A stretch of 49,253 bases of DNA, the filler included, from Catajapyx aquilonaris (Eukaryota): assembly GCA_000934665.2 (NCBI GenBank). It is 2 parts of 2 records of this genome, joined end to end, with 100 filler letters (N's around TTAATTAATTAA, not from the genome) between each part and the next. Parts side by side here need not be neighbours in the genome. Positions count along the whole stretch, not along the records: positions 24,672 to 49,253 come from KZ539358.1; 1 more part is not named here. One strand, given 5' to 3'. A program made the translations under genes and the position numbers. Within the stretch, counting starts at the first letter, position 1. Each line of letters starts with the position of its first letter. Below, piece after piece: positions 48,810 to 49,253 of the stretch. The notes under the pieces are model-generated. The model searched no databases. It was given only the letters and a program-made list of their open reading frames with translations, and was not told the DNA's origin.

Positions 48810-49030
48810 GCCCATAATTGCAACATCTTGAGCCATGTTTGAACACAGTTTTTGTAATTGATGTACTCTGCTGCTGTCTATCTGAAGTTGAGGGACTCTC
48901 CAATGAAGCATGTAGCAGCTAACGTCACAAGCAGATATGGATTACACGCTTCGTTACTCAGTTTCTCATTATAGATTGTGCGAAGGAGCTTCTGTCGAAA
49001 GTTGCCGGCCCTGTCCTCCAGCAGAATTAT
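48810..49030 (-). pseudogene. Internal fragment of an A/B/C-type IR (copy E)
   Basis: Translates as ILLEDRAGNFRQKLLRTIYNEKLSNEACNPYLLVTLAATCFIGESLNFR*TAAEYINYKKLCSNMAQ. Flanks are unrelated. Confidence 0.85.
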
Positions 49031-49140
49031 GCCGTCCGAAGCAAGAAGACCGAAACTCAAAATCCACTTTCCCCTTTCGGCGAGCAAAAAAAAGCAAGTG
49101 TTACCGAGAGTATCTTCTAGAACGTTAATAATTTTATATA

Positions 49141-49253
49141 CAGGGTGTATCTGAACTCAGTGCCCCGACGTATATGACTGCATTCCTAGCCACCAGAGGA
49201 TCGATTTAAGTATAGGAGTCATTATGTTTGGCCGCCGCATTACGGAGATAATT
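49141..49253. mobile_element. Probable Tc1/mariner terminus running off the window
   Basis: TA|CAGGGTGTATCTGAACTC, similar to the end at 47829. No partner TIR is visible. Confidence 0.4.

Overview
Eukaryotic, intron-containing animal DNA. Divergent ionotropic receptors and short introns suggest an arthropod (inference). A 100-nt spacer (N44-TTAATTAATTAA-N44, 24572-24671) splits the window, so the two halves may not be adjacent in the genome. The left half is a compact housekeeping cluster: HIBCH (+), SAR1, SENP8/DEN1, an SNX10/11-like PX gene and an 11-finger C2H2 zinc-finger exon (all -). It also carries MITEs and two GTAC-rich minisatellites in 5'-UTR introns. The right half is a tandem array of intronless divergent ionotropic receptor (IR) genes, each with at least one lesion. 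The array is interrupted by a complete 7.8-kb Kolobok DNA transposon (TTAA TSD, 29-bp perfect TIRs, broken THAP-DDE transposase, open KolX gene) that holds a nested Helentron/HINE-like insertion. The most notable observations are: (1) a hidden, phase-compatible, diverged duplicate of the SAR1 P-loop exon (GKT to GKA) inside the large SAR1 intron; (2) an IR broken only by a UGA-C stop just before its last TM helix, a readthrough candidate; (3) an IR with an exactly length-matched 66-nt block replacement; (4) an intron+exon tandem duplication in the transposase. Exon boundaries were read by eye from GT-AG signals and frame arithmetic. No database searches were run.
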